A DNA stretch of 60,060 nt, filler included, from Candidatus Zhuqueibacterota bacterium (GCA_016783505.1; 3 parts of 3 records of this genome joined end to end with filler, not necessarily neighbours in it), one strand, 5' to 3'; shown: positions 10,640 to 20,586, counted from the whole stretch's first letter. Numbers and translations are program-made. Notes: generated by a model not told the origin, from the letters alone.

Positions 10640-10746
10640 ATTTAGCAATCAGTAATTAACAATCAGCAATGAATCGTGGATTCTCAAGGATTTCAACACG
10701 TTGCACCAATGTCTTATTAGCGTTCATCTAAAGTTGAGGGAAAGTC

Positions 10747-11448
10747 ATGAAGCTTAATTTTAGAGTTCTTCGTTTTAATCCTGAGAAGGAGACCAAGCCC
10801 CGCTACCAGGATTTTGAGGTCGTGGTGGGCGAGGGATGGACGGTATTGGATGCTATGAACGAGATCAAATGGCATCATGACGGCAGCCTTTCCTTTCGCC
10901 GCTCCTGTCGGGAAGGCATCTGCGGTTCCTGTGCCATGAAGATCAATGGGATCAATTCGCTGGCCTGTGAGACCCGGCTCGAAGACCTGAAATCGAAAAG
11001 GATCACCGTTGAACCCCTGCCATCGCTGCCAATTATCCGGGATCTGGTAGTTGAGATGTATGAATTTTACAATAGCTTGACCCCGATCAAGCCTTATCTG
11101 ATAAATCCCAGCCCGCCCCCGGACAAGGAAAGAATTCAGTCCCCTGAAGATCAGCAAGTATTCGATGGGTCGGTGAACTGCATCTTGTGCGGGGCCTGCA
11201 CCACTTCCTGTCCCTCCTTCTGGGCGAACCATGATTATTTGGGACCGGCAGCTCTGCTGAAGGCTTTTCGATTTGAATTCGATTCCCGGGATGGGGGGAC
11301 CCCGGAAAGGTTGCCGAGTCTGGATTCCAAATACGGCCTGTGGCGCTGCCACACAATATTTAACTGTGTTAACGCCTGTCCTAAAAAAATTAACATTAAT
11401 GATGCTATTGGTAAGTTGAAGAGAAAAGTGATAAGCGAGAAATTCTGA
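10747..11448 (+). CDS. sdhB: Succinate dehydrogenase iron-sulfur subunit
   Basis: SCREGICGSC, CILCGACTTSCP and CHTIFNCVNACP. Confidence 0.96.
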   Translation: MKLNFRVLRFNPEKETKPRYQDFEVVVGEGWTVLDAMNEIKWHHDGSLSFRRSCREGICGSCAMKINGINSLACETRLEDLKSKRITVEPLPSLPIIRDLVVEMYEFYNSLTPIKPYLINPSPPPDKERIQSPEDQQVFDGSVNCILCGACTTSCPSFWANHDYLGPAALLKAFRFEFDSRDGGTPERLPSLDSKYGLWRCHTIFNCVNACPKKININDAIGKLKRKVISEKF

Positions 11449-11749
11449 AACGCAACCGTTGCTTCAAGGTTGCACCTTGAAGTATTATAAAATTATTATA
11501 CCCCTTTTTATTTTAAGGCCAGGGACAAATCGCCCTTAGCATTATTTTATGAAAATTTACCGCTGTATTTTCCTCAGCTCTGTTAGGAGGGATTTAACTT
11601 TTTTTTCATTTATGGCTTAATTTTAAAACCTTTTTTCCCTGTCTTGTGTCAAAGTAGTTTCATTCCCGATGTTTCGGGATAACTTCTTATAATTCAAAAG
11701 GATGATCTTTATACATTAGATAGGAATGAATTCACAAGGGATTAATTCA

Positions 11750-12784
11750 GGTGATTATGGGAATAATAGTAATGGTTTGAGAGGATTTCCATAATTACCA
11801 TCATACCCAGTGTATTTATTCAACACACTTGGCGAACAGACGGTGTAGCAAGGGAATTCGGTCATGTAACGCCGTGAATGGCGTGGGAGAATTTGGGGTG
11901 TGTTTGTTTCCCCAGCCATCCCGAAGTTTCGCGACAAGTTCCTGGCTGGGCAATAGACCAGTCGTTTACGACTGGATAGAAAAAAGCGGAAAAATCCCCA
12001 GGGCGTTTACGCCCTTATCTTAAATAGCAAAAAAAACAGGAGGAAGAAATGAGAAACATATTTAGAGTCATTACCTTTGCAATTTTATTTGTATCGGTAA
12101 TGTACTTTATCGGATGCGGATCTGAAGGATCCAAAGCAGAGGGAGGAGGAGTACTTGGTAAATTGCCCTCAATAGCAAAAAAAGCTATTAATGAATTAGA
12201 GGGATTACAGGATGACATGATGAAAGCATATAAGAAGATGGACGAAAAAGCCTACAATAAAGCAGAAGAAAAAGCAAAGGAGGTAAAAAAGAAAACAGAC
12301 GCCGAAATGAAGTCTATAATTGAAGCGAATAATGGTATTGAAATTCCATTTGAACAAGAAGCGGATAAAGATAAATTTTTGATTAAAAACATCAAAGTAA
12401 CCGGAGCGCATTTTAAGCGCAGAGATAATGAAGCATACATCAATATTGAAGCAACCTTTGAAGCAGTTGTTGATGAAACAGGTACATTATTTACTTACTT
12501 GCGTTTTGTTGACAAAGAAGGCAGGGAAATAAAAGGATGGGCCGTATTGATGTTGATGGCTTCTAGGAATAAACCTATTAAAGCCGGAGAAACATATACA
12601 TTAAAGGGTGCGTATTCCTGTATTGAAAATCTTCAAAATGCAGATAAAATCATAGTTAAAAGCAGGGAGGAATGGGAAAGTAAAAAAAGAGAATAATGGT
12701 GTGCAGCATAATGAATTCACTGGTGATTATGGGAATAATAGTAATGGTTTGAGTGGATTCCCATAATAACCATCATATCCAGTG
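11750..12784. repeat. 63-bp direct repeats (11750-11812 and 12722-12784) flanking a lipoprotein gene
   Basis: ggtgattatgggaataatagtaatggtttgag..cataa.taccatcata.ccagtg occurs twice; each copy is partly palindromic. Confidence 0.85.
12049..12696 (+). CDS. Hypothetical lipoprotein (AT-rich, likely acquired)
   Basis: Signal peptide with FIGC lipobox; AGGAGG RBS. Confidence 0.75.
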   Translation: MRNIFRVITFAILFVSVMYFIGCGSEGSKAEGGGVLGKLPSIAKKAINELEGLQDDMMKAYKKMDEKAYNKAEEKAKEVKKKTDAEMKSIIEANNGIEIPFEQEADKDKFLIKNIKVTGAHFKRRDNEAYINIEATFEAVVDETGTLFTYLRFVDKEGREIKGWAVLMLMASRNKPIKAGETYTLKGAYSCIENLQNADKIIVKSREEWESKKRE

Positions 12785-12807
12785 AACCATTATACCCAGT
12801 GAATATA

Positions 12808-12975
12808 GATTCCTGGGATGGGGGGACCCCGGAAAGGTTGCCGGGCCTAGATTCCAAATACGGCCTTTGGCGCTACCATGACATTTTTAACTGCGACGAC
12901 GCCTGTCCTAAAAAAAATCATATTACTGATGCTATTGGTAAGTTAAAGAGAAAAGTGATTAGCGAAAAATTATGA
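12808..12975 (+). pseudogene. Diverged copy of the last 168 nt of sdhB
   Basis: Gap-free alignment to 11281-11448 at about 85% identity by eye; WRCH changed to WRYH. Confidence 0.92.
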
Positions 12976-13006
12976 AGTGAGATGTTAATCTGATAAGATT
13001 ATTGAT

Positions 13007-13034
13007 AAGCCAACCTCTTCCGGTTGGCTTTTTT
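13007..13034 (+). terminator. Intrinsic terminator; insertion target of the group IIC intron
   Basis: AAGCCAACC-tcttc-GGTTGGCTT followed by a T-tract. Confidence 0.85.
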
Positions 13035-13039
13035 GTTAT

Positions 13040-13829
13040 GTGTGCCCGGTATGACACGACCACTTGGAGGTAAGAGTCCTCTACTGGCCCGGCAGGGGGA
13101 ATCCGCCGGTTGGCGGACTGGACGGCAAGGGTGTCCACCGTGAGGTGGAATCTGAAGGAAGCCGCAGGCAAAACACTGGCCTGACGAACAGGAACTGCAT
13201 ACGAGGCAACCATGCTGGATGAGAGGGCATATAGACTCGAAGTCCAATACCTGCACGGAGAGCTTGGGAGTAGATGCAGCGGGCATAAGCGTGAAGGTGG
13301 GTGTGTCTTACCCGGAGAGGTGTGTCAGTCTGCCTTGGGTTACTGTCATCGAGAGGTGTCAGGATGGGCTGACAGAAGTCAGCAGAGGGCATAGTAGGTC
13401 ACCCGACCGGACTGAAGGCCCGAACATGAACTACAGGACAGGAGCTTGAATTTCGATGACGAAGGAGACGCAGAGTAGTATGGTTGGGATACCCGATTCC
13501 ATACCGGACAATAGTAGACGGAATCTGCGACGATACGGTGTTGGTGTCCCGAAGTTTCGGGATTACGGCAAGGAGAGGGAACTCCTGCCCGGGGAGTGAG
13601 CATTTGATAGAAGCAGTCAATCTGCGACAAACGGCAGAGGCCCCTGGTGGAATGCAGGGGCATATCACATGCACGAGGCATTTCCGAAACGCTTCTTTGA
13701 TCAACTTGGACTCGTTTCGCTGCTTGATCAGATACTCAACTTTCAAGGCAGTTCTTGAACCGCCGTATACGGGACCGTACGTACGGTGGTGTGGGAGGAC
13801 GGAGGGCGTGAGCCCTCCTCCTACCCGAT
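13040..13829 (+). mobile_element. Group IIC intron with an internally deleted RT/maturase ORF
   Basis: 5' GTGTG just after a terminator; domain V GAACCGCCGTATACGGGACCGTACGTACGGTGGTGT with CGC triad; domain VI ending CCCGAT; RT N-terminus (..SEHLIEAV) joined near 13619 to C-terminus SATNGRGPWWNAG..LGLVSL. Confidence 0.92.
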
Positions 13830-14043
13830 TGGCAATTTAAGTAAGAACATTATATTACACAACAACAGAGATGAAAGTGATATGTTTTCATCAAAAGCGT
13901 GGATAAAAATCAAATAAAAAAGAGCCTTATCCTATCGTATTTCGTTCACCATCCGAAAGTTTTTGTCAACTTCGTTGTCTAATGAATCAAGAATCCTCTA
14001 CCTTCGAGAGTTCATTTAGGTCCAGTAATACAGGAAATTCAAA

Positions 14044-15345
14044 ATGTCGGCAAAGCAAGGCTTGAGGGTTGTTCATATTCGCAGGGCGGTGCAGATTCTC
14101 TTTTTTGGTATTGTCCTCTGGTTGAGTCTTTCCCACATGGCGGATAAGACTACCACCCCACCCCTCTGCAGCTACTGTCCCATGGGTGGTCTGGCGGGTC
14201 TTTATTTCTTCCTCATCTCAGGGGGACAATTCCTCTGGAAACTAACCTACGCCAACTTTATTATCTTAGGTGGTTTGATCCTGATGGGCCTGGTTGTCAA
14301 ATCGGGCTTTTGCGGCTGGATGTGCCCCTTCGGTTCATTACAGGAATGGATAAACCGGTTGTTCCGAAAAATCAAGGTGAGATTACCCAGGATTAAGAAC
14401 GATAGACTCAGTCAAGTTAGTATGAAATTGCGCTGGATCAAATATGTCGTCCTCGCCGCCGTCATTCTCAGCACTGCGGTTACGGGCCGGCTAATTTTCC
14501 GGGATTGGGATCCCTTTCTGGCGTTTTTTCATTTTGGACATGGGAATTTGGCTTCAACAGCCTATTTAATAATGTGGATTGTTCTATTTCTGTCCATTTT
14601 TATTGATCGTTTCTGGTGTAAATACCTCTGTCCCCTGGGTGCAGTGATTGGGTTAATCGGTAAACCAAGCTGGATCAGAGTGCAGCGTAATGAGGAGGAA
14701 TGTACCAACTGCCAGTTATGCGACAAATCTTGTCCCATGAACCTGAAGCCTTCTCAGATGCAGGGGGTTACATCAGTCGAATGCAACTCCTGTCTGGACT
14801 GTCTGGATGTACACCCTAATATCAGGGCCTTAGAACTGAAGACAAAAGGGGGACTTAAAATGTCAAAATATCTTTATCCCGTTATTATTTTAAGTATTTT
14901 CTGGGGAAGTGTGGGTCTGGGGAAGCTGACCGATAGCTGGATCACCCCCAATGCCCTGAGAAAGGGGGAAGAACATCAGAGTGGGAAAGACAACCAGATT
15001 TTAAAGGTAGAAGAAAAGCAACCCGGTCGGCCAAAGGCGGGAAAGCCCCTATCCAAGAAGGAAATATCTGAACAAAAAGGGAGAAGGGAAATGGAATCCG
15101 GGGAAGTGCATGATAGATTTGTAGTTATAAAGGGGAGAGCCATCGAGATCCGGGGATATTTATCCCTAAAAGAGGTTGAAAGAATGACCGGTGTACCCAT
15201 AGACTATCTGATTAAACAAACGGATCTTCCCATTAATGTAGATGTAAACATCCAGATGGGAAGATTGAAAAGGCGATACGATGATGAAATTGTGCATAAA
15301 ATCCGGGATGCAATAAGTAATTTTTATGAGGAAGAAACAAATTAG
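14044..15345 (+). CDS. Membrane 4Fe-4S binding protein (NapH/MauN/YccM-like)
   Basis: CxxCP motifs, FCGWMCPFG, WCKYLCPLG, two ferredoxin-like clusters, transmembrane helices. Confidence 0.88.
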   Translation: MSAKQGLRVVHIRRAVQILFFGIVLWLSLSHMADKTTTPPLCSYCPMGGLAGLYFFLISGGQFLWKLTYANFIILGGLILMGLVVKSGFCGWMCPFGSLQEWINRLFRKIKVRLPRIKNDRLSQVSMKLRWIKYVVLAAVILSTAVTGRLIFRDWDPFLAFFHFGHGNLASTAYLIMWIVLFLSIFIDRFWCKYLCPLGAVIGLIGKPSWIRVQRNEEECTNCQLCDKSCPMNLKPSQMQGVTSVECNSCLDCLDVHPNIRALELKTKGGLKMSKYLYPVIILSIFWGSVGLGKLTDSWITPNALRKGEEHQSGKDNQILKVEEKQPGRPKAGKPLSKKEISEQKGRREMESGEVHDRFVVIKGRAIEIRGYLSLKEVERMTGVPIDYLIKQTDLPINVDVNIQMGRLKRRYDDEIVHKIRDAISNFYEEETN

Positions 15346-15867
15346 AGCTTTTGCACAACTTTGAAATTACTGGTTTCCCATCAGTCGGGCGCCTGACCGA
15401 CCTGACTAACCTTACTGACCTGACCGATGGTGTCGGATCATTAAGTGTCATCCAGCAGTTATTTGCAGGAACGCCATATTATTTTTTAAGGACTGTATTG
15501 GACAATTGAAAAGGGAAGTCGGAAACTTTCGCCCCGAAACTTGGGGATCGGGACATTTCCGATCTACGTTGATATTGTAGGCAGTTAGTTTTTCTAATCT
15601 GACTGCTTTTTTATGTGCCATTTATCTTACCATATTAATTATATCAGGGTGAAGGCACTCCGGATAATGGCCACCACCCCGGATGGCCGTGCGCAGCAGT
15701 GGTGTGATACCCCTTTTTACCGTCCAGGCGGCCATGAGCACCGAACATAGGGCCCCGCCGACCAGCAGCAGGGCTAATTCCCTGGTGGCCAGATAGGCGG
15801 CTGGTCCCACAATGCGGGTTAATCCCTTGGCCAAATACAGACTTCTTTGTTACAACCTTTGTTTCCA

Positions 15868-16692
15868 TCATTTTAGAATATATACTTTAGCAAGTGTTAA
15901 AGCACCAAGAACGCTTATGAGTATTCCCATGACTAATTTTAATATTCCTGACTTTAGTTTTTTTGTCGTGAAGGCTGCAAGGGGCGTAGATGCCACTGCT
16001 CCAATGATCAAAGGAATTGTCATTTTCCAATATATATTTCCTTTAAGCACGATGTAGAGCAAGAAAGCCACCAAGCATACAAGTCCTTCTGTAAATGAAG
16101 TGCTCCCTATTGATTCCTTGGCACTTCTCCCACTTAGTATTTGTCCCCCCGTTACAAGCGGCCCATAGCCTCCTCCACTTATACCTTTATTAAAAGAACT
16201 TATTAGGCCGATAGCAATAAGCCTTTTCCATGAGAACCCAAATTCATGTTTTCTTTGTGTCAAAATCATAATCCCTATTGCTAAGACCATTGCTCCAATG
16301 TAGGTTTTAAGGACCACTTTAGAAATGTTTACGGCAACAAATACCGAAATTACCGCTCCTGTAATTCCAGAAAGTGTAAGAATGAAAATAACCTTTGAAT
16401 CCCGAGATTTTGGGATATAGCCTAATCCTCCAAGCCTTCTTTTTAAAAGCTCATTATCTCGTTTAAAGTCTAATTTTATGTTACCAGACTTATGATGGAA
16501 AAGCCCAGCAATTATTCCAGTTAAGAATTCAGAGAATAATATAGCTGGAACAACCTGGAGTGGTGCAAATCCTGCTATCAGCAGTAATGGAGTTAGAGTA
16601 GTACCGTATCCCATTCCTAAAGAGGAGTCTATATATTCACACAAAAAGGCAGCACCTACTATTACTACAAATATAGCTGGTGTTATCTCCAT
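15868..16692 (-). CDS. TauE/SafE family sulfite exporter-like permease
   Basis: DSSLGMGYG and GISGGGYGPLV; about 8 transmembrane segments. Confidence 0.85.
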   Translation of the reverse strand: MEITPAIFVVIVGAAFLCEYIDSSLGMGYGTTLTPLLLIAGFAPLQVVPAILFSEFLTGIIAGLFHHKSGNIKLDFKRDNELLKRRLGGLGYIPKSRDSKVIFILTLSGITGAVISVFVAVNISKVVLKTYIGAMVLAIGIMILTQRKHEFGFSWKRLIAIGLISSFNKGISGGGYGPLVTGGQILSGRSAKESIGSTSFTEGLVCLVAFLLYIVLKGNIYWKMTIPLIIGAVASTPLAAFTTKKLKSGILKLVMGILISVLGALTLAKVYILK

Positions 16693-16927
16693 TATTCCAT
16701 CTTTACTCCACATTAAAGATTATTTTTAACGTGTCACCAAAACGTTGAAAGAACTTCAATTTCCTTGCCTTTTATTTGTCTAGCAGAGCAAGAAAATACT
16801 GCTATTAAAAGTCTTATTAATTTAACATTTGAACTTATTTGTAAATTGTAAAAACTAAGCTCACTTCATATGGACATAGAGGAATCTAATCAGCCATTTA
16901 GAAATGAGGGCTTGCTTCTTAATATTT

Positions 16928-17274
16928 TTCAATGGCCTATTGACTTAGAGCAGTAATATTTTAGCCTGTTGAATTTAGACAGGATAACAGGATGACCAGG
17001 ATTAAATTTCTGTTAATCCCAATCTTATTATGTTTAGCCGGGGAGTATCCTGCTTTTTTATTGATTTTATTAAAAGAGCATTAATATCATCAAACACCTT
17101 TAAAATTAATAGGTTAGCGATTAGATGGCTTTGTATTCCATTAAGCTTACTGTTCCAAAATTATCTGTCAAACGATTTAACTTGATAAAAGGTATTTAAC
17201 AAGATAATAATCTTGTCAATCCTGTTAATCCTGTCAAAAATTCCATAACTGCGTAAAGTCAATAGGCCATTGAA
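16928..17274. mobile_element. Non-coding element bounded by inverted repeats
   Basis: Perfect 19-bp inverted repeat TTCAATGGCCTATTGACTT / AAGTCAATAGGCCATTGAA; inner inverted 9-mer arrays (ACAGGAT / ATCCTGT). Confidence 0.7.
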
Positions 17275-17346
17275 TTTTATTAATTTCTCCTTTTATTTCG
17301 TTTTGAAATTCTGTTGACACTATTATAACACCCTTATTGTAGTATT

Positions 17347-17375
17347 AATATAGCAAAAATTTCCTTTAATGTCAA
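17347..17375 (-). promoter_or_regulatory. Sigma70 promoter pointing toward the TauE gene
   Basis: TTGACA-17-TATATT on the minus strand. Confidence 0.7.
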
Positions 17376-17414
17376 TAAGTTTTTTAATTTTTTGTATGAC
17401 GGTGCAATTATTTC

Positions 17415-17443
17415 TTGACAAATACCGTTAAGAATATTATATT
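17415..17443 (+). promoter_or_regulatory. Sigma70 promoter, probably giving a leaderless transcript
   Basis: TTGACA-17-TATATT ending 8 nt before the ATG at 17452. Confidence 0.7.
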
Positions 17444-17451
17444 TGAATTGT

Positions 17452-18000
17452 ATGATTAGACCTAAATTAATTGCTGACATCCTCACCTCTTTACGGTTGT
17501 TGATCGCCCTAGTTACTGTTTTCCTAGGTCTTTTCTAGGGTCAGGAGGCGCTTTTTACAGCCCTGGTCTTGTTTCTCATCGCCTGGGTCACCGACACCCT
17601 CGATGGCACCCTGGCCCGAAAGGACCACAGAGGAAGTCATACGTGGATCGGGGACAACGACCTAATCGCTGATGTCCTGTTGGCCCTGTCCACGATTATC
17701 TATTTTACCGTGAGCGGAATTATTTCGTTATGGATTTCCGTATTTTACTTTGACTTTATTCTTTTGGTCACGTTTGTTTTCACCTCACAGACCATGTTTG
17801 TGACCTTTATCGCCCTGGCGTATGCCCTGTATCTTTTGGTCAGCTATTTCTCCGCCCCACGACTATGGTGAATATTCATCCTCTGGATTGTGACCGCCCT
17901 ATTGACAACCTGGAATCGCTTCTGGGAAAACGTTCGGGTTTTCCTTTCCGGACTTAAGGATATTGAGGTTGAAGAGCCTTTCGAGAAATGGCTAATTTAG
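17452..18000 (+). pseudogene. CDP-alcohol phosphatidyltransferase-family pseudogene
   Basis: ADILTSLR and TDTLDGTLAR..GDNDLIAD motifs in one frame; in-frame TAG at 17536 and TGA at 17869. Confidence 0.8.
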
Positions 18001-18143
18001 ATACAAAGAAATTTTCTGAATGGATTTAAACGGGAGGTGCATTTATTGTCCTCCCGTTTTTGCAAACCCTAAAGATTATATTATACCATAAATACAGTAA
18101 CTATATTCCAACCTGTCATCGCAATTATTCGATCGGGGCGACT

Positions 18144-19487
18144 ATGAAGATCTGGGAAAAACTCGCTGACGAACTGAAAGGAGAAAAGCTGCAACCCTGG
18201 AAGGTGGAGAGAGAAATTCTGGAAAACTATGGCGTTTCCTCCCCGGACCATTTCCGGATGGCGGCCCTGGCCCGGCGAAGGTTTATTGAAGAAATTACCG
18301 GCGAGAAATTTCATTTTATCGGGGTTCCGGATAAACCTTATCTAATGCGGTATTACTGCGAAAAAAACGGGCTCATCTGGGAACTGGCGGCCGAGGATGC
18401 CGGGTTGAAATGTTCCCTATGCGGGGGTGGACTGAAACCCTTTGGCTCCGAAGGTGAACGCTACGCCCCGTTGGTGTCCAATTACGTGGGGGGACGGGAG
18501 GATTATTACTCCTATGCCGGCAGAATGAAGGTCAATGGGAGCGTGGAAAAGGAGTTTGTGAACCTGCTCCAGTATGGAACGGGAAAAGGGCCGATAGGAA
18601 TAACACGAGGGTGTTACATTATCAACCGTTTCGGTGGGATCAAGGTGAAGGTTTCCCCCTTAGCCGGCGCCTCCAGAAACTTAAGTTATATTTTTTCCAG
18701 TTCTGAGGATCGTCAACGGGCCATCGGTGTTATTGAGCGGGTCCTTCCCCGTGTGCGCAATAACATGGAAGAAAGGCTAAAAGAGTTCGGGGGAAAGGTG
18801 GCTACGGTGGAATTTTTGCGGGCTGAGGACTGCGATCATTCCCTGCTTTATGTGGACTTTACCGCCGATTTTGAAAACTTTCGGGGACACGGGGACGTCA
18901 GCAATGCGGTGGGGTATGCCAAGAAAATCCTGGACCGGGAATTGACCCGAAGGGGGGTTCGCTATGAAATGAGTGTCATCGCCCAGGGCTACGACGGGGA
19001 TTTGAAACCCAGTCCCCGGAACAAAAGGGGAAGGTACGTGTGCGCCCAGGCGAGGATACCAGTAACTGAAGTTGAAGCGATGACCGGAAAGAATATTGAA
19101 AAATTTCTGGCCTATATCCATCTGGATGCTTTAGGGGTGGAAAAGCTGGGCTGGTTCGGTTATACCGGGATGGGCGGAGAGATAATCCCCGGGATGTATA
19201 AAGCAACTAAGATTAACCCCCATGCTCCCCTGGTTTCGGCTATGCAGAAAATATTCGCCTCGGTAGAAGGTGATAGGCTGATTTATGGGGTAGAGCTGCC
19301 CAACGTAGAAGCGGGAGTGGTATCCTGCCGGGAGGGTCTGGTCCCCCCCATGGGAAGGGAGGCCATGAGAATTATGGGAATCCAGACTGCCGCCGAGTTT
19401 GCCGCTTGCCTGGCAGGACAGATATTGGCCGGGGAGTTCAACCTGGCAATAGTAGCTGTGAGTGAAGAGCTCTATAGAAGTCCTTGA
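18144..19487 (+). CDS. Divergent class I HMG-CoA reductase-fold protein with catalytic motifs replaced
   Basis: Colinear resemblance to archaeal HMGR (ARRRFIE, AGRMKVNG, TRGC..GG, DLKP..RGRYV.AQA, LPNVEAGVV, LAGEFNL). Confidence 0.7.
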   Translation: MKIWEKLADELKGEKLQPWKVEREILENYGVSSPDHFRMAALARRRFIEEITGEKFHFIGVPDKPYLMRYYCEKNGLIWELAAEDAGLKCSLCGGGLKPFGSEGERYAPLVSNYVGGREDYYSYAGRMKVNGSVEKEFVNLLQYGTGKGPIGITRGCYIINRFGGIKVKVSPLAGASRNLSYIFSSSEDRQRAIGVIERVLPRVRNNMEERLKEFGGKVATVEFLRAEDCDHSLLYVDFTADFENFRGHGDVSNAVGYAKKILDRELTRRGVRYEMSVIAQGYDGDLKPSPRNKRGRYVCAQARIPVTEVEAMTGKNIEKFLAYIHLDALGVEKLGWFGYTGMGGEIIPGMYKATKINPHAPLVSAMQKIFASVEGDRLIYGVELPNVEAGVVSCREGLVPPMGREAMRIMGIQTAAEFAACLAGQILAGEFNLAIVAVSEELYRSP

Positions 19488-19493
19488 AAAGGG

Positions 19494-19522
19494 TTGACAA
19501 AAAGGAAAAAGATTTATATATT
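19494..19522 (+). promoter_or_regulatory. Sigma70 promoter for the DUF1844 gene
   Basis: TTGACA-17-TATATT. Confidence 0.7.
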
Positions 19523-19562
19523 ATGGGATGTAAGTTGAAATAAAGATATTAAGGGGTGGAGG

Positions 19563-19943
19563 ATGAATAAACTGTCTGAAGATCAGAAAAACGCAGTCCT
19601 TTTTATGCAGTTAATCCTAACCTTTCAGGGGGCGGCCATGCAACAGATGGGGAAGATCAAAAACCCCTTGACGGATAAGATTGAACGGGATCTGACCCAG
19701 GCTGCTATATCCATTGATATGCTGGACATGATCAAGCAGAAGACCGCGGGCAATCTGACCAAGGAAGAACAACAATTGATTGATCACATCCTGAGCGAAT
19801 TGAAGTTGAATTATGTGGATGAGCTGGATCGGGAGAGTAAGGATAAGGGGGAGAAAAAGAAAGAAAAGACGAAAACAAGAAGAAAGAGTAAAGAGAAGGG
19901 TCTTGTTCAACCCCGCTCAATAATCAGTGAAAGCCAGCCTTAG
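19563..19943 (+). CDS. DUF1844 protein
   Basis: AMQQMGKIKNP, DLTQA..SIDML..KTAGNL and ELKLNYV. Confidence 0.85.
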   Translation: MNKLSEDQKNAVLFMQLILTFQGAAMQQMGKIKNPLTDKIERDLTQAAISIDMLDMIKQKTAGNLTKEEQQLIDHILSELKLNYVDELDRESKDKGEKKKEKTKTRRKSKEKGLVQPRSIISESQP

Positions 19944-19953
19944 GCTGGCTTTT
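19931..19953 (+). terminator. Intrinsic terminator
   Basis: AAGCCAGCC-tta-GGCTGGCTT followed by TT. Confidence 0.7.
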
Positions 19954-19978
19954 CCCATCAGTCGGGCGTCGGTCAGGC

Positions 19979-20146
19979 GGGTCTGTTGCAGAACTATCGG
20001 ATAGGAATCAATTTCTATCCTAAATAAGACCATAATTCCAATGAATTGGAATAAATCATCCAATCCAATTTATTGGATTTACAAATAACTTAGGATAGCA
20101 ATTTATTGCTTAAATTGGCAACGTTTGCTAGTTGCGCCACAGACCC
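19979..20146. mobile_element. MITE family A, copy 1
   Basis: Terminal inverted repeats GGGTCTGTTGCAGAACT / AGTTGCGCCACAGACCC; four copies in the window. Confidence 0.75.
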
Positions 20147-20231
20147 AGGCGCCTGACTGACCTGACCGATAGAAAAAGATTGACTTTTGTGTATATTATT
20201 TGTAAATTATCAAGTTAAAATTGAAAGGATC

Positions 20232-20586
20232 ATGATAGAAGGTGTTAAACTCAAGGAACTCCGGGTGATCCCCGATGAACGGGGCCGGTTGATGGAGATA
20301 CTCCGATCTGACGACGAGATGTTTAAAAAGTTCGGTCAGGTCTATATGACCACCACCTATCCCCAGGTGGTGAAGGCTTGGCACTATCATAAAATTCAGG
20401 ACGATAATTTTGCTGCTATCAAAGGGATGGTCAAGGTCGTTCTTTACGATGGTCGGGAGGATTCGCCCACCAGGGGGGAGGTTAACGAATTTTTTGTGGG
20501 GGAGCACAACCCCCTGTTAATCCACGTTCCCAAAGGGGTCTATCACGGCTGGAAGTGCATTGGCGAAGAGGAAGCTATAGTGGTCA
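20232..20586 (+). CDS. rfbC: dTDP-4-dehydrorhamnose 3,5-epimerase family protein, truncated by contig end
   Basis: DERG, VKAWHYH, DGREDSPT and PKGVYHG. Confidence 0.85.

Noticed and set aside
11281-13829. Diversity-generating retroelement (sdhB repeat pair, RT remnant, Avd-like four-helix protein)
   Set aside because: Mismatches are not confined to adenines in either copy, and the RT remnant belongs to a group IIC intron
15622-15834. 70-aa ORF as a real gene
   Set aside because: No RBS or recognisable motif; at most a gene fragment
17536-17871. Stop-codon reassignment
   Set aside because: Two different stops are involved, and both TAG and TGA end many normal genes in this window
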